Position numbers and translations under genes: made by a program. The notes under the pieces were generated by a model. It did no database searches. It was not told where the DNA came from and saw nothing but the letters and a program-made list of their open reading frames with translations. Below, piece by piece: positions 38,021 through 49,025 of a stretch of 64,000 nt of DNA (positions are counted from its first letter, which is position 1; every line of letters starts with the position of its first letter). Origin of the DNA: Blasia pusilla (taxonomy: Eukaryota); contig CM114271.1 in the NCBI GenBank assembly GCA_050084515.1, positions 7,998,001 to 8,062,000 on the forward strand, in the 5' to 3' direction.

Positions 38021-41000
38021 TCAAAGTGGTTTGTTTAAAATACTTCGCACTTCTTTGAGGGACGGAATTATTTGGTGGATTCCTACTCCTACCTCCGACT
38101 CTCTTGAAACTACAAGCAATACATAGTGCTTCCAAGGGAAATACCTTTTCCCACTTGTCTCTCTTTGGACATAGTCATGATAGGAACATGTGAGAAAGCA
38201 ACAGATGTGCACCACATACACCCCTGTGACACTTGAATTTACAATGTTATTCGTGACCCAATACATCCTTCTTATTCCATTGCCACTCTGGACATCTTTT
38301 GTGGCGATGATTTCCATGTTTGCCTCCCGAGCTGATGTGATTCGCTTTGCTCTCTCCACCGTTGGCCTACACATTCTGTTTCTCTTCACCCCATTTCTAG
38401 ACTCCAACAAAAATAGTGGATTGAGATCATTTAGCTTCTTCGGGTACATGTTGACATCAATCTTGGGTTAAATACAAAATGCAAACCTCTCTGTAATGCG
38501 AACATGCTCCGAACTTCCTCCGTCTACGAGTCTGAAACCAACACTTGTAAGATTATCCACTTCGTCCTGTGTGCAATTCGTACCTGCGGAAATGGGCCAA
38601 ATCATGGGGGTATTCCCTAGAGCTCCAATGGCAGCCGGATAACACTTTCAAAAAGCACAGAATTCATTTGGGTAGAAGAAGTACTTCAATTGATCCCCGG
38701 TCCTCATGAGTCCCCAAAATCCAGGCCGTGGTCGTCTAGTCCTTGTACAGTTCTTATTTAGGAAAGTGCCGCATGCTCTCTTAATGCCATCAGATCTTGC
38801 CCTGCAAGTGGGTCCACATCCAGGGTTGCTCTGAGATATATGCCATCTTTTGAGGTTGCAATCCACCTCAATGACCGGAATCCCATACTGTTGAACCACC
38901 CCAGCGACCGGATGTTGCGAACTTCCAGCAACGGAGGGCTTTTGAAATAAAACATTCACGGATTTGGGAGCAATCCGGGGTCTCCGGCATAATTTCTTCA
39001 TCCACATCAATCACCGGGCTTGGTCCTTGATGCTGCCTCTTCACTTGCCTGAAGTCAAGATACTTATCTGGTCTCCACGAGTCTCGCTCGGACTGCTCTA
39101 CCACCATCTGTATGGGACGTCTTGAAACACGCCCAAAAATGTCCCCACCAATGTGGACATCTTGCTCCAGGGGGGTTCCTGCTATGCACCGATTGAGGGC
39201 TTCCACATAGAGTTTTTCATCATCAGATCTCACAGCCGCCCTGACATAGAGCTCGTAAATCAAAGGCCCCCTTCCTTTTGATATGCCTTTTGTGAGGAAG
39301 ATATTGGATGTTGCAGATTGTAGCGTTGCTCTTGCATGGTCTTGTTGGCATGCCTCCACAAGTGAAATTCTTTGGCATGCTTGTAGCAACCTCTAGGAGG
39401 AATGAAAAATTTTTGCTCCACTTGTGTTGGGGCAGAGGGCATTTTCATGAAAGTTCAATCCCTACAACGACGGCAATGTGAGAAGGGAACAAAAATAGCA
39501 CTATGAGCAAAGAAAAAAGCTACATGTCGGATCCAGACAAGTTGCAAGTCAAAGGCATCCCATGAATGACTCTATGACCCGTCGGATTCAGACGAGTTGC
39601 AAGTAACTTTGGCCACTCCGGGCCGGAAGATCCAAGTGCAAGTCATCGAAATCCAACAGGTCGCACATGGATTTTCTAGCCTCCGACTTGAAATGGGTTG
39701 CAAGTCGGAGACATCCCTGGAATGTCCCAGTAAGCTTTTACTGCAACCTAAGACCTAGGAACCTGCTACTGCAACCCGTCAAAATCGGACGGGTTGTGAG
39801 AAGCAGGCCGGTCCGGTCTCGAAAATCCTTGTGCAACCTGTCGGATTCCGTTGGCTTGCAAGAAGTATCCACACACGAAGCTTTGAAACTATTGGAATTC
39901 GACGGGTTCCAGTTAACTTGAATTGATGCAGCGTGTTTGGATGCGACTTGGAGACAACCACAACCTGTTAGAATGCAAGGAGTTGCATACATACGCAGAC
40001 ACGTTGCAGACACACGCAAGTTGTCGCAATCCGACGGGTTGCAGACGGAGTTAACTCGCAGCCTTGCAGCTTGCAACCCATCCGGGTCGAACCATTTGCA
40101 GGCCTTGTATACATGCAACTTGCAACCCGTCGGGATTCGACATGTTGCACACTCATGCAACCAATCGGGTTCCGACAGATTGCACAAACATTCCTCGTGC
40201 ATGATGTCGCGCTCCGACGGGTAACACAAATATTCTTGATGCAACCTGTTGGTTTCCAACTAGTTGCACACTTAGGAAACCCGTCGCATCCGACGGGTTG
40301 CTTGGTTTCTTCGGTTTGAAATCCCTATAATGCCCACGCTTCTCAACTTGAGCTGCAACTTTTCAAAAAATTCTCAGCATGAGCTAGATTGGACGAAATA
40401 CTGAACTCACCTGCCGCATGAAGTTTCCCCATTGTCTCATTCGTACAGTCCACCAACTGAGCCAAGAGCAAAACTCTTTGTACTTCCCCTCAATCGTATG
40501 CTTCTTCCACCACCCATGTAGTTCTTCTTGGCACTCCATGGCCTGTTTCAAGGTTTTGTTGTCCTTGCAACGTTGGAGTAGAGTGACATGCTTTGTCCTC
40601 TTATTCTCCTTGATGCAGGATTTGGTGTACCGGGTCAAAGACTTTTGCCAATGGAAAGCATCCGACCTTTCCCTCTCTAGTTGAACCTGTCCACTCGAAA
40701 ACACTTCCTTGATAGCAATCCACCCAGGTTGTGCATTGTCCGCCATGAATCCATAAATTTCCGAAGGTGGCCTTTTGTTTTCCTTCACCACCTCCAATAA
40801 GAGTAACCAACACATCTTCAAACTGCCAACGTCTTCTGCTTTAACTTCATAGAAAAATATAGTTTTGAGTCCCTTCTCCACATGGTCATAAACGTGAGTA
40901 CCCATGGTCAACCATCCATTCAGCACTCTGTAGCAAATATCAAAGCTTGCCCAGCTGCCGTAAAGATCTTCCCCTTCTCTCATTCGATCTATAAGATCGA

Positions 41001-42375
41001 GGCCACTCGACGGCCCTGTCGTTGACATTTTGAAGACATAAGCCCTGGATCCTTTGCCTCCATAGCCCATGAACTGCCATCTGTGAATAAATGGAAATCT
41101 AGAGTTGGCCTAGATTTTGGCAATGGCATCCATTTTGGTCGTCTTTCCATCTAGTACCCGTATTTGACGCATCAAATTCCGGAAGCATTCAGGATCAGCG
41201 AGAAATGCGAGATTTTCCCATAGTTGTTTCTCCTCAGTATCCGTGATCTCACCCTGCCCAGGGATTCCAAGCAATTGTTCACAAATTTGTGATGTTGTTG
41301 TTAACTTGATCACACCGGGCTTTGATCCCAGAGAGTTTCTATATACTATGGCCACTTTCTTTGCCACATCCTTCTCGATGTGTCTTTGAATTGCACCGAT
41401 AATAAGATGAATGTCGGAGCCAACATGAACTGCCAGCCTTGTGTACTCGGACGTAGAACTAAAGTCGTGCATAATGAAAAATATGTGTGCAGGACACACT
41501 CCAACGCAGAAAGGGGATGTCTGACAATGAGAACATCGATGACCTCTCGGCGGTATGGTCGCACCGACCTCATATGGAGTTTGTGCATTCTTAGGGGGGA
41601 ATTGCAACGTATTGACTTGCCCATTGCGCTCTAGATACGAGCATGTTGGACTTCTACGCTCCAGGGCTCCAACGCATTGGCGGCGAGAAACAATCCAAGG
41701 ACCATCTGGAATTGAAGCCTGCACCATCGATGACAATGAGACTTTCTTTTCATACCCCTCAAGCGTCCTCCATCTTTCTTTTAAGCAGGACCAGCAAGTG
41801 GAGGCAACTCAAAAATGCAATTACCATCGTACGTGGGCGGAAACTTGTCCACAAGAATGTGCTTGAGCATTTTAAAGGGCAGAGAAGACAACAAACTATT
41901 TCCTGATACTCGCAAGAGGAATGAGTAGGGAGACAGAGGACCCGGTTGGTGTCCGACAGTTCCATTGAGGTTGACGACATCCGTAATATCTTCATGAAGT
42001 ACAACATTATTACAAATGTGTGAAGTTGGAGTCGATGCCGGATCTATTGAGCTTGGAGTGGCAAATGTAGAGCTCGGTGCACTAGGAAATTCCACACCGT
42101 CTACTTGGGAAACAGAGGAATTCAGAGGCAAGCCATAAACTCTGTATTGACCATTTTTTAGAGGTAGGAGATTCCATACTTTACGGTCTGCTATCACTGG
42201 TTGGACTATCTCACCTACAACATCCTCCATACCGTCCACCCTAACATCCTTGGAAACAAAGATTATTCCAATTTAGAGAAGAAATTGCACTGAGAGGAAA
42301 ATTTCATCACCTGGTATGAAAGATTCACGAGTTTGCGGTCGAACTATTTCTGATTGAGGAAGGGCCGCTAGATGA
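38021..42375 (-). pseudogene. MULE-type transposase: Cys/His-rich N-terminal domain, DDE core, SWIM finger; one ~950-bp intron
   Basis: CVGALE..SPTC...RCSHCQTSPFCVGVCP...AVHVGSD.H; SFDICYRV (D1), GFMADNA (D2), RSDAFHW ((C/D)xxH); donor at 40410; TQVE candidate E near 39420; TCSYHD...FPWKH (decayed CxC..CxH SWIM). A few stops and frameshifts. Confidence 0.85.
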
Positions 42376-42929
42376 CTGCCACAAGTGAGTTTCACATAAT
42401 TATCCATTCCTAGATGATTCCAACGGGTGGAGAATCAAAATAAGAATAAGAATAAGAATGAGAATGGGAATGTTTAATTTATAGTGAATAGTGACCGTTA
42501 TTCTCCTAATAGAATTCAACTGACAAGATGTTGTTTGGTAGATGAGATTTTCTGACGCAATGGATTCAATCCTGTTGCAACCTGTCGGAGTCCGACGAGT
42601 TGCAAAATTTGGGACTCAGACATGTGGGTTGCAAAGCCACAAAGTACCAGCTTCTGTAAGGGTCCGAGTGCAACTTGCAACCTGTCGGAGTCCCTTGGGT
42701 TGGTACCCCCTGCCTGTCTGACCTTTGTGATTGGAGTCGGGATTTGCTAACATTGAGACACGAGACATCGCATGGATTTGCAACGGCAACCCATTAGGGA
42801 CTGCGAAAGGCACCTAACCTCGCTTTTCCTTTTGCATCTCGCATCGATTTCTCTTGTCTAATGAACCGTGCAAATTATGAGTGCAGTTTTTCCGTATGGT
42901 GGGAAGTGTCCAACCCAGGGTAGACCTTA

Positions 42930-43440
42930 TAACTCGTCGGAGGGCAACGGATTGCCTCGGGATTATGCTTTGTCGCATTGTTACCCAAGGACAAGGAAAG
43001 CGTGCAACCCGTCGATCTCCGAGGGTTTGCCCGGGTACCTCACCTTGTTATCTCAAGATGAGGGAAGCGCGCAACCGATCGGTCCCCGACAGGTTGCGCG
43101 GGTACCTCGCCGTGTTATCCCAAGACAAGGGAAGCGTGCAACCCGCTGGTTTCCAACGGGTTGCACTTGTACCTCGCCTTGTTACCCCAAGACGGGGGAA
43201 GCGTGCAACCCGTCGGTCTCTGACTGGTTGCGCAGGTTCCTCGCCTTGTTACCCCAAGATGGGGGAAGCGTGCAACCCATCGGTCTCCGATGGGTTGCCA
43301 AGGTATCTTGCCTTGATACTCGAGGACGAGGGATGCGTGCAACCCGTTGGTCTTGGACACGTTGCCTCGGTAATTCGCCCTGCATCCCCAAGACGAGGGA
43401 AGCCTTCAACCCATCGAAGACCGACAGGTTGCCCGGGTTC
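42930..43440. repeat. 67-bp tandem array, each unit carrying one 29-bp palindrome
   Basis: cgtgcaacc-like anchor at 43001, 43068, 43135, 43202, 43269, 43336, 43403. Confidence 0.9.
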
Positions 43441-43803
43441 CCACGTGCAAAGTTCCATAACGGCCAACACGTCGCCGTTAGTACGACCCAACGACCCAAC
43501 GGCCAGTTCAACGGCTTGAAAAGTATAAAAGTCTGAGGTTTCGATCATTTCAATTTTTCATTTCACGATTTCATGTGCTCTTCCTCGCAGCAGCTGACGT
43601 TACCTTTCCGTTGCCAAACTCGGTTACATCACCACTTCGCTGGAAGGTTACAATGATCCAGCACCCGACGCTTTGAGGGTTTGATTTTGGCAAGCCCATC
43701 TGCTGGAGGGTCACAGCGCTTCATCATGAAACGCTTCGAGGGATCCATTGTGCACAGGAGCAGATTAGACTGTCGAGGAGGAAGAATTGACCCAACGTGC
43801 ACC

Positions 43804-46800
43804 ATGACGAGAAAGAAAACACAAGCAACCAAGGTAGAGAGCATCACTCACAAGTCCATCAGGACTCCGACGTCACCATCTCCAGGTCCTCGTTCGGCAA
43901 ATAAGATAAGGCAACAAGAAATACAGGAGTGGGAAAGGGAAGCAGATATGCACAGGCATGAGGTTCTAGCAAAACGTGTTCTGGAGGAGCTCGCTAAGCA
44001 AAACGCCGAGCTTGAGGCCTTGAAGAAAAGAGTCACGGATGAGAAACGCGAGAAAAAACGTCTTGACGCCTTTGTGAGGAGAGCAAAATTGGCGAAAGCT
44101 TGAAGGGAAAAAACAATCTCCATTGAAGAAAGTCGTGCCCAACAAAGAGTGTTGAGATGCAAGAAATGTCTCCAATGAGGTGTTGGGACACCATGAATCT
44201 AAAAGCGGTTGAGGAAACGGCCAAAGTTCAAGTGACAGACAATGAGGTCATGAGGACAGCAAGTGTGGAGATGGTGGACATATCTGAAGAAGTAGGAGAA
44301 GAGTCATTGTCGTCTTTGAGCGCTTTGGAAGAAATCGACCTTTATCGGATCGATGAGTTTCCCGTGGACTTGCCAGCTGCTGTCCGAGAGCAGTTGACGG
44401 GCCAGGACACCGACCCAATCTTTGAGTGGGTAAGAAAAAATTAAGTTATATGAAGGCTCATTATGCAATTAATTGGCAAAACACTGTATTTTATTGACTT
44501 GGTCCCCATTGTGGCAGGTTGTTAAGCAGATGGCACTGATGGAGGGCTAGAACACCCCGAGAATTCCACTCTGTCGATTGCGGAAAATGGAGTACGCCAC
44601 GAAATTCAGTCAGAGGAGGACATTGCAAAACTCAAACAGCCGATAGCAACTGCATCCTACGTCGACAGCTTCCCTCCGTTCTATGTTCAGCCTTACGATG
44701 AACATGGAACCCAAGCCCTGGTGACGGAAGAGGACTTGGAGGCGCTCGATACTTTCTGGAGGATGAGAGATCAGGAGTTCAGAAGAGCGATCGAAGGAAC
44801 CAAAATTAGTTGGATGTGGAACCTTTACTTCTTCATCTAGGATGGAAACCACATGTACATGGCGTGGACGTAGTTTGCAGAGGAGCGCCCAAATTCATTG
44901 GAGGTGCATTTTTGCGTGAAGGCAGTCGTGCTCCATCTATTTCCTCATCACATGGCAATGGTGGAAATCGCAATGCATGCGATGAATACGTAAGTCTCCT
45001 CTTCCTTAAGTTTGACTACTTCAACCCGTCGGAGTCAGACAGGTTGAATAAATGGAAAGCTTAAAGATGGGCAAGAATGATTTGAGTCTCTTGCCACCAT
45101 CCTATTTTTTACAAGGCATTGCGCAACTCGTCGGACTCTGACGGGTTGATATGTGTAGTTTTTTTCGGGAAACCTGTCTCCGAATTGAAGTCATTCTACA
45201 ACCCATCGGAGTCTGACGAGTTGTAACCAATGACTAAATCGGTTGGACCACAAAGTCACGAAAAGAGAGTGCAACCCGTCGGGCTCCGATGGGTTGCAAT
45301 TCTCTCTAAAAATTTCAAGAGTGTTGCAATAAGTGTAACACAAAGATATGTGTTGCGACCCGTCGGACTTCGACAGGTTGCAACATTTATCTGTGTGCTA
45401 CCATTTAGACCCCCATGGGTTGACAGAATTGCAACCCGTCAAAGTCTGACGGATTGTAGGGACTGGATAGCTTGCAATATTCTTACCTTTTGTTTGGATA
45501 TGCAGGATTGTATCCGAGGGGAACGTCACCCACCACTGGATCCAGGATTGCGACAGGGTGAAGAAGGTGCTTACGACGGACCCGACAGAGTACAAGGGAT
45601 TCTTGGGCAACAGTCTAGTAAATGAGATGCTGGTGAAGGAAGCTCAAATAAAAAAGAAGACTGGGCAAATACCTTCATTTCCCAAAATTCCGCCATCACA
45701 ATCCTAGGTTGGTCCAAGATCCACGCCGCCAAGAAGAGTGCTTCGTTGGAACTAGAGCGAAGTGAGAACGTGTCAGCGTCAGAACATGCAAAGTTTATTT
45801 AGGTTGTCGTATCTGCAGCTACAAAGTACAGTGCAAGCAAGATGCAAGATTACATTGCAATTCTCAACCCCAAACTTGGCCCAAAGTCTTACAAGGAGCT
45901 CAAGGCGATAATCAAGCGCCAACGGAAGAGAGACGAAGATCCACAAGGTCGGATCGGCGAGAAAGTGTCTCTAGACTACGTGCACAAATTTGCGCTGTTT
46001 GGGATATCCGAGTTTAGGCAAATTCGACTCATGAAAATCACTCCCGAGGGCACAGATGCCCTAAAGCGGGCGGCGGGCGACACACCATCCTCCGGGAGTT
46101 TCAGATCCAGTGATCTCCCATTGGCTATGGGAATGGTCCTTCTGGGACGCGTTACGCCTTCAGGGGAAGTCCATGCTCGTGGGTCTTCAAGCTGAGCTGA
46201 AGAAGATTGAGCCAATTCTAGAGGAAGCAAACCTAGAGGTTGCAGAAGATTTTGAACTATGGCTTGATGACATCAGAGATAAGCCCACGAAAAACCCATG
46301 ATTCAGGATGATGTTCAAGAATAACATCCTCCCTCAAGCACACCTCGATGAGGAAATAGATGCCAAAAAACGGGATTTTCCAAAGAAGAAGCGAGATCTT
46401 CAAGACCAGGCGGCCGAGTCATCTCGACAAAGAGCTACCCAGCGGATGGTGTACAGGTACCTCATCAATTGTAAGAATGCAGGTACCTGGCGAAAATTAC
46501 TTGCAGCCTGCAAATTGTGGGCTTCTCCGCCTGATGGAGAGGCATTCTCCATGTACGACATGGAGATGGGACAGGTCAGGTCCGACTGGGAGGTTATCAA
46601 GTGTCCAATCTGGCTGGACTTCAATGATCCAGAGGATATTACACAAAAAAATCTACGCGTGGTGTATGATGCAGTGATTGCACGTAGGGACGAAATTCCA
46701 AACTTCCTGCAACCTGACGATTTTTTCAAAGGAGATGCGGAGGAGCAAGCCCTTGAGACAGCGGAGTTGGTGGGCAAGGTTGTCATCGACAAAGACAAAT

Positions 46801-49025
46801 CCACAGCGTGTTTGAGGAAGGCGAGGGGATCAAGGAAGTCCGAGGCGGAGTCTTCCAGAAAAGAGGTTGAGTCGTCAAGGCGAGAGGCAAAATCGTCCGG
46901 GCGAGCGGGGCAAGGGGACCACACTAGGTCCTTGTCCAAGAAAACTCTTGTGGAGTCTGAGGTAACAGAGACTCCGACAAGCCGACAGCAGACTCGAGAG
47001 AAGCGGAAGCGGGAGGCACCTGGTTTGTCCGAGGGAAGAGATAAGGATGTGGAATACACTCCATCATCCTTGGGCAGGCATAGGGAAACAACCACCAAGA
47101 AAAATGTCCTTGTTCACTTGACTCATCTTGTCGACGAGCTACAGAGTTTCAGTTCTCAGGAGTCGACACCTGCCATCGACAAATTGACCATGTTGGGATG
47201 AAAACTCCTTTGAAACGGGCACGCACCCTGGATAGTTCATGGGGGTATTGAGGAGGTGGCGGTGGACCTCCTCATTGCGGATTTTCCTTCTGGGTTTTTC
47301 TTGTGGGACAAAAATCCGTCTAACACTGTCCCATAGTGGAATGTCATGCTTTCATACGACCACATCGCGGTGTTGTTTTCTTTTGCCAACGCGTATCTGA
47401 GTGATAAGGGTTCTTTCTTGGTTCTCACCAGAGGGAGTGGAGACAAGCTCTTCAACCTTCAATGCGTGAAGAGGTCACTGAAGTGGAGGACGGCGCAATC
47501 ATGGATAATTAAAAATGAGTATCCACTCCGATCGGCTACGAGTCAAGTCCGGGTAAGTCCTCTTATTAAACGAATTTAGTTGAACAAAAATTCAACCCGT
47601 TTGGCTCCGACAGGTTGCATCTGTGCATGCAACCCGTCAGATCCCAATTGCTTGTGTGTGCGATGTTGCAATTGGTCTGAAACCGACCCGTTGCAAATTC
47701 ACCAACAAGTCTCCATTGACCGCAACCCGTCGAAACCCGACGAGTTACAAGTAGCACTGCTTTTCCCCATGTTTCAGGATTGATGCAACCCGTCTGAAAG
47801 TGACGGGTTGCTCTTATATTAGGAACTTCTCAACTCTGAACAATTGTATTAAGTTGAAAGCCAACCATCGCACTCGAAACGGTGGAGGTTCCGTCCAGCA
47901 AGATGAGCAACCTGTCGGCTTCCGACGGGTTGCTCATGGCCAAAAAGAGGTCTTAGAGTTGTAAGACAACCCGTCGGACTCCGACATGTTGTTTTGTCAG
48001 GCCTATAGGCCAAGTTTGGACGAGTTGGTAATTAGTATGGACTAGTATGACGGGTTGAAAAGCAACTCGTCGGATCCCGACTGTTTGCACATTGTGTCAG
48101 TTTATGGAGAGTAGATCAGCGGTCTACTAGCTTTTTTTCTTTTTGCTGACATTATTTTTACGTGCATGTTTACACATGGACCACTCATTTTTCTACTGCT
48201 TTGTAAGGCCCGAGCACAACTTCCAAGTGTTCCAAAATCCCGGATCCAGTGGATCCATGCTCCGATGGGTAAAACTTAGATAGTCTCTACAATTCCCCCC
48301 GAGAATTTACATGCAAGACAAGACCCCCTTACTTGGAGGAAGGGAAAAGTCACCTTCCTTGATGCAAATGCTCATCGAGCTCTATTCGAGGCCGGGCCTA
48401 TCAGGAGCGAGTATCAAAAGTGCTTGGCATAGTGGCAAGAACATTCTCTACCTTGAGGGAAGGCCGGAACTTTTTGACCTTTGCAAAGAGGCAAAGGCGG
48501 ATTACGAGAGGCTAGTGGGAGTATACAAATCTCTTCCAAAGCCAACAGCTTCGGTTTCAGAACCACCATTGATAGTGACACCATCGTCACTTCCTACAAT
48601 TCCGAAAATCGGGAGGGCAAAGCCGAGAGTAATTCTGGAAGAGCTATCAGACGATGACGAGTGAGTTCAAAGATTTATTGGACCCAGCTTGACTGAAGCA
48701 TTTTGGAGTAGGGATTTAGTGCTTTCCAAGGACGGAGCACATATTCATACTGGATGGGTGTCACCTTCCAGAGCATACAAGATTTACTGCCGAGGAAGGC
48801 GTTGGGACTCAAATCACCATAACGGTCCCTTATATGGGACCGTTATGGTGTACCTAGGGGGAGGGAGGGGGGAGGGGAGGGCTCTCGAATTCCCCGACAT
48901 TTTTTATCCCCGTCTACAATCGGCTAGAGGAGCCACTTGTATCCCAAGACATTCCTTTTGTACAGGAATCTAGGAGAGTTCGGAGTAAATTTGTAGATGA
49001 CGAGGCTGAAAAGATCATAGACTAG
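43804..49025 (+). pseudogene. Multi-exon cargo gene: long unknown/coiled-coil N-terminus plus beta-class N6A/N4C DNA methyltransferase-like domain, copy 2
   Basis: TATAAAA at 43524, ATG 43804; GT-AG introns (e.g. 44430-44518, donor 47553); VDLLIADFPSG (47262-47294), AYLSDKGSFLVL, GGREKSPSLMQMLIELYSRPG[24-nt deletion]LSGASIKSAWHSGKNILYLE. Exon boundaries are approximate. Confidence 0.8.

Noticed and set aside
42868-43536. 222/212-aa ORFs (also 60204-60893 and 39738-40259)
   Set aside because: Translations of palindrome/tandem arrays (recurring CNPS, ATRR, QPVG); open in several frames, no protein signal.
39500-48100. 29-bp palindromes as a CRISPR array or bacterial REP elements
   Set aside because: Spacing is irregular or in tandem units with repeated, not unique, spacers; no cas or RAYT-like ORF; they lie in spliceosomal introns of a eukaryotic TE.
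43804-49025. MTase as bacterial contamination or a restriction-modification system
   Set aside because: Has GT-AG introns, sits inside a TSD-bounded element nested in a plant gypsy RT, and no endonuclease partner is recognisable.
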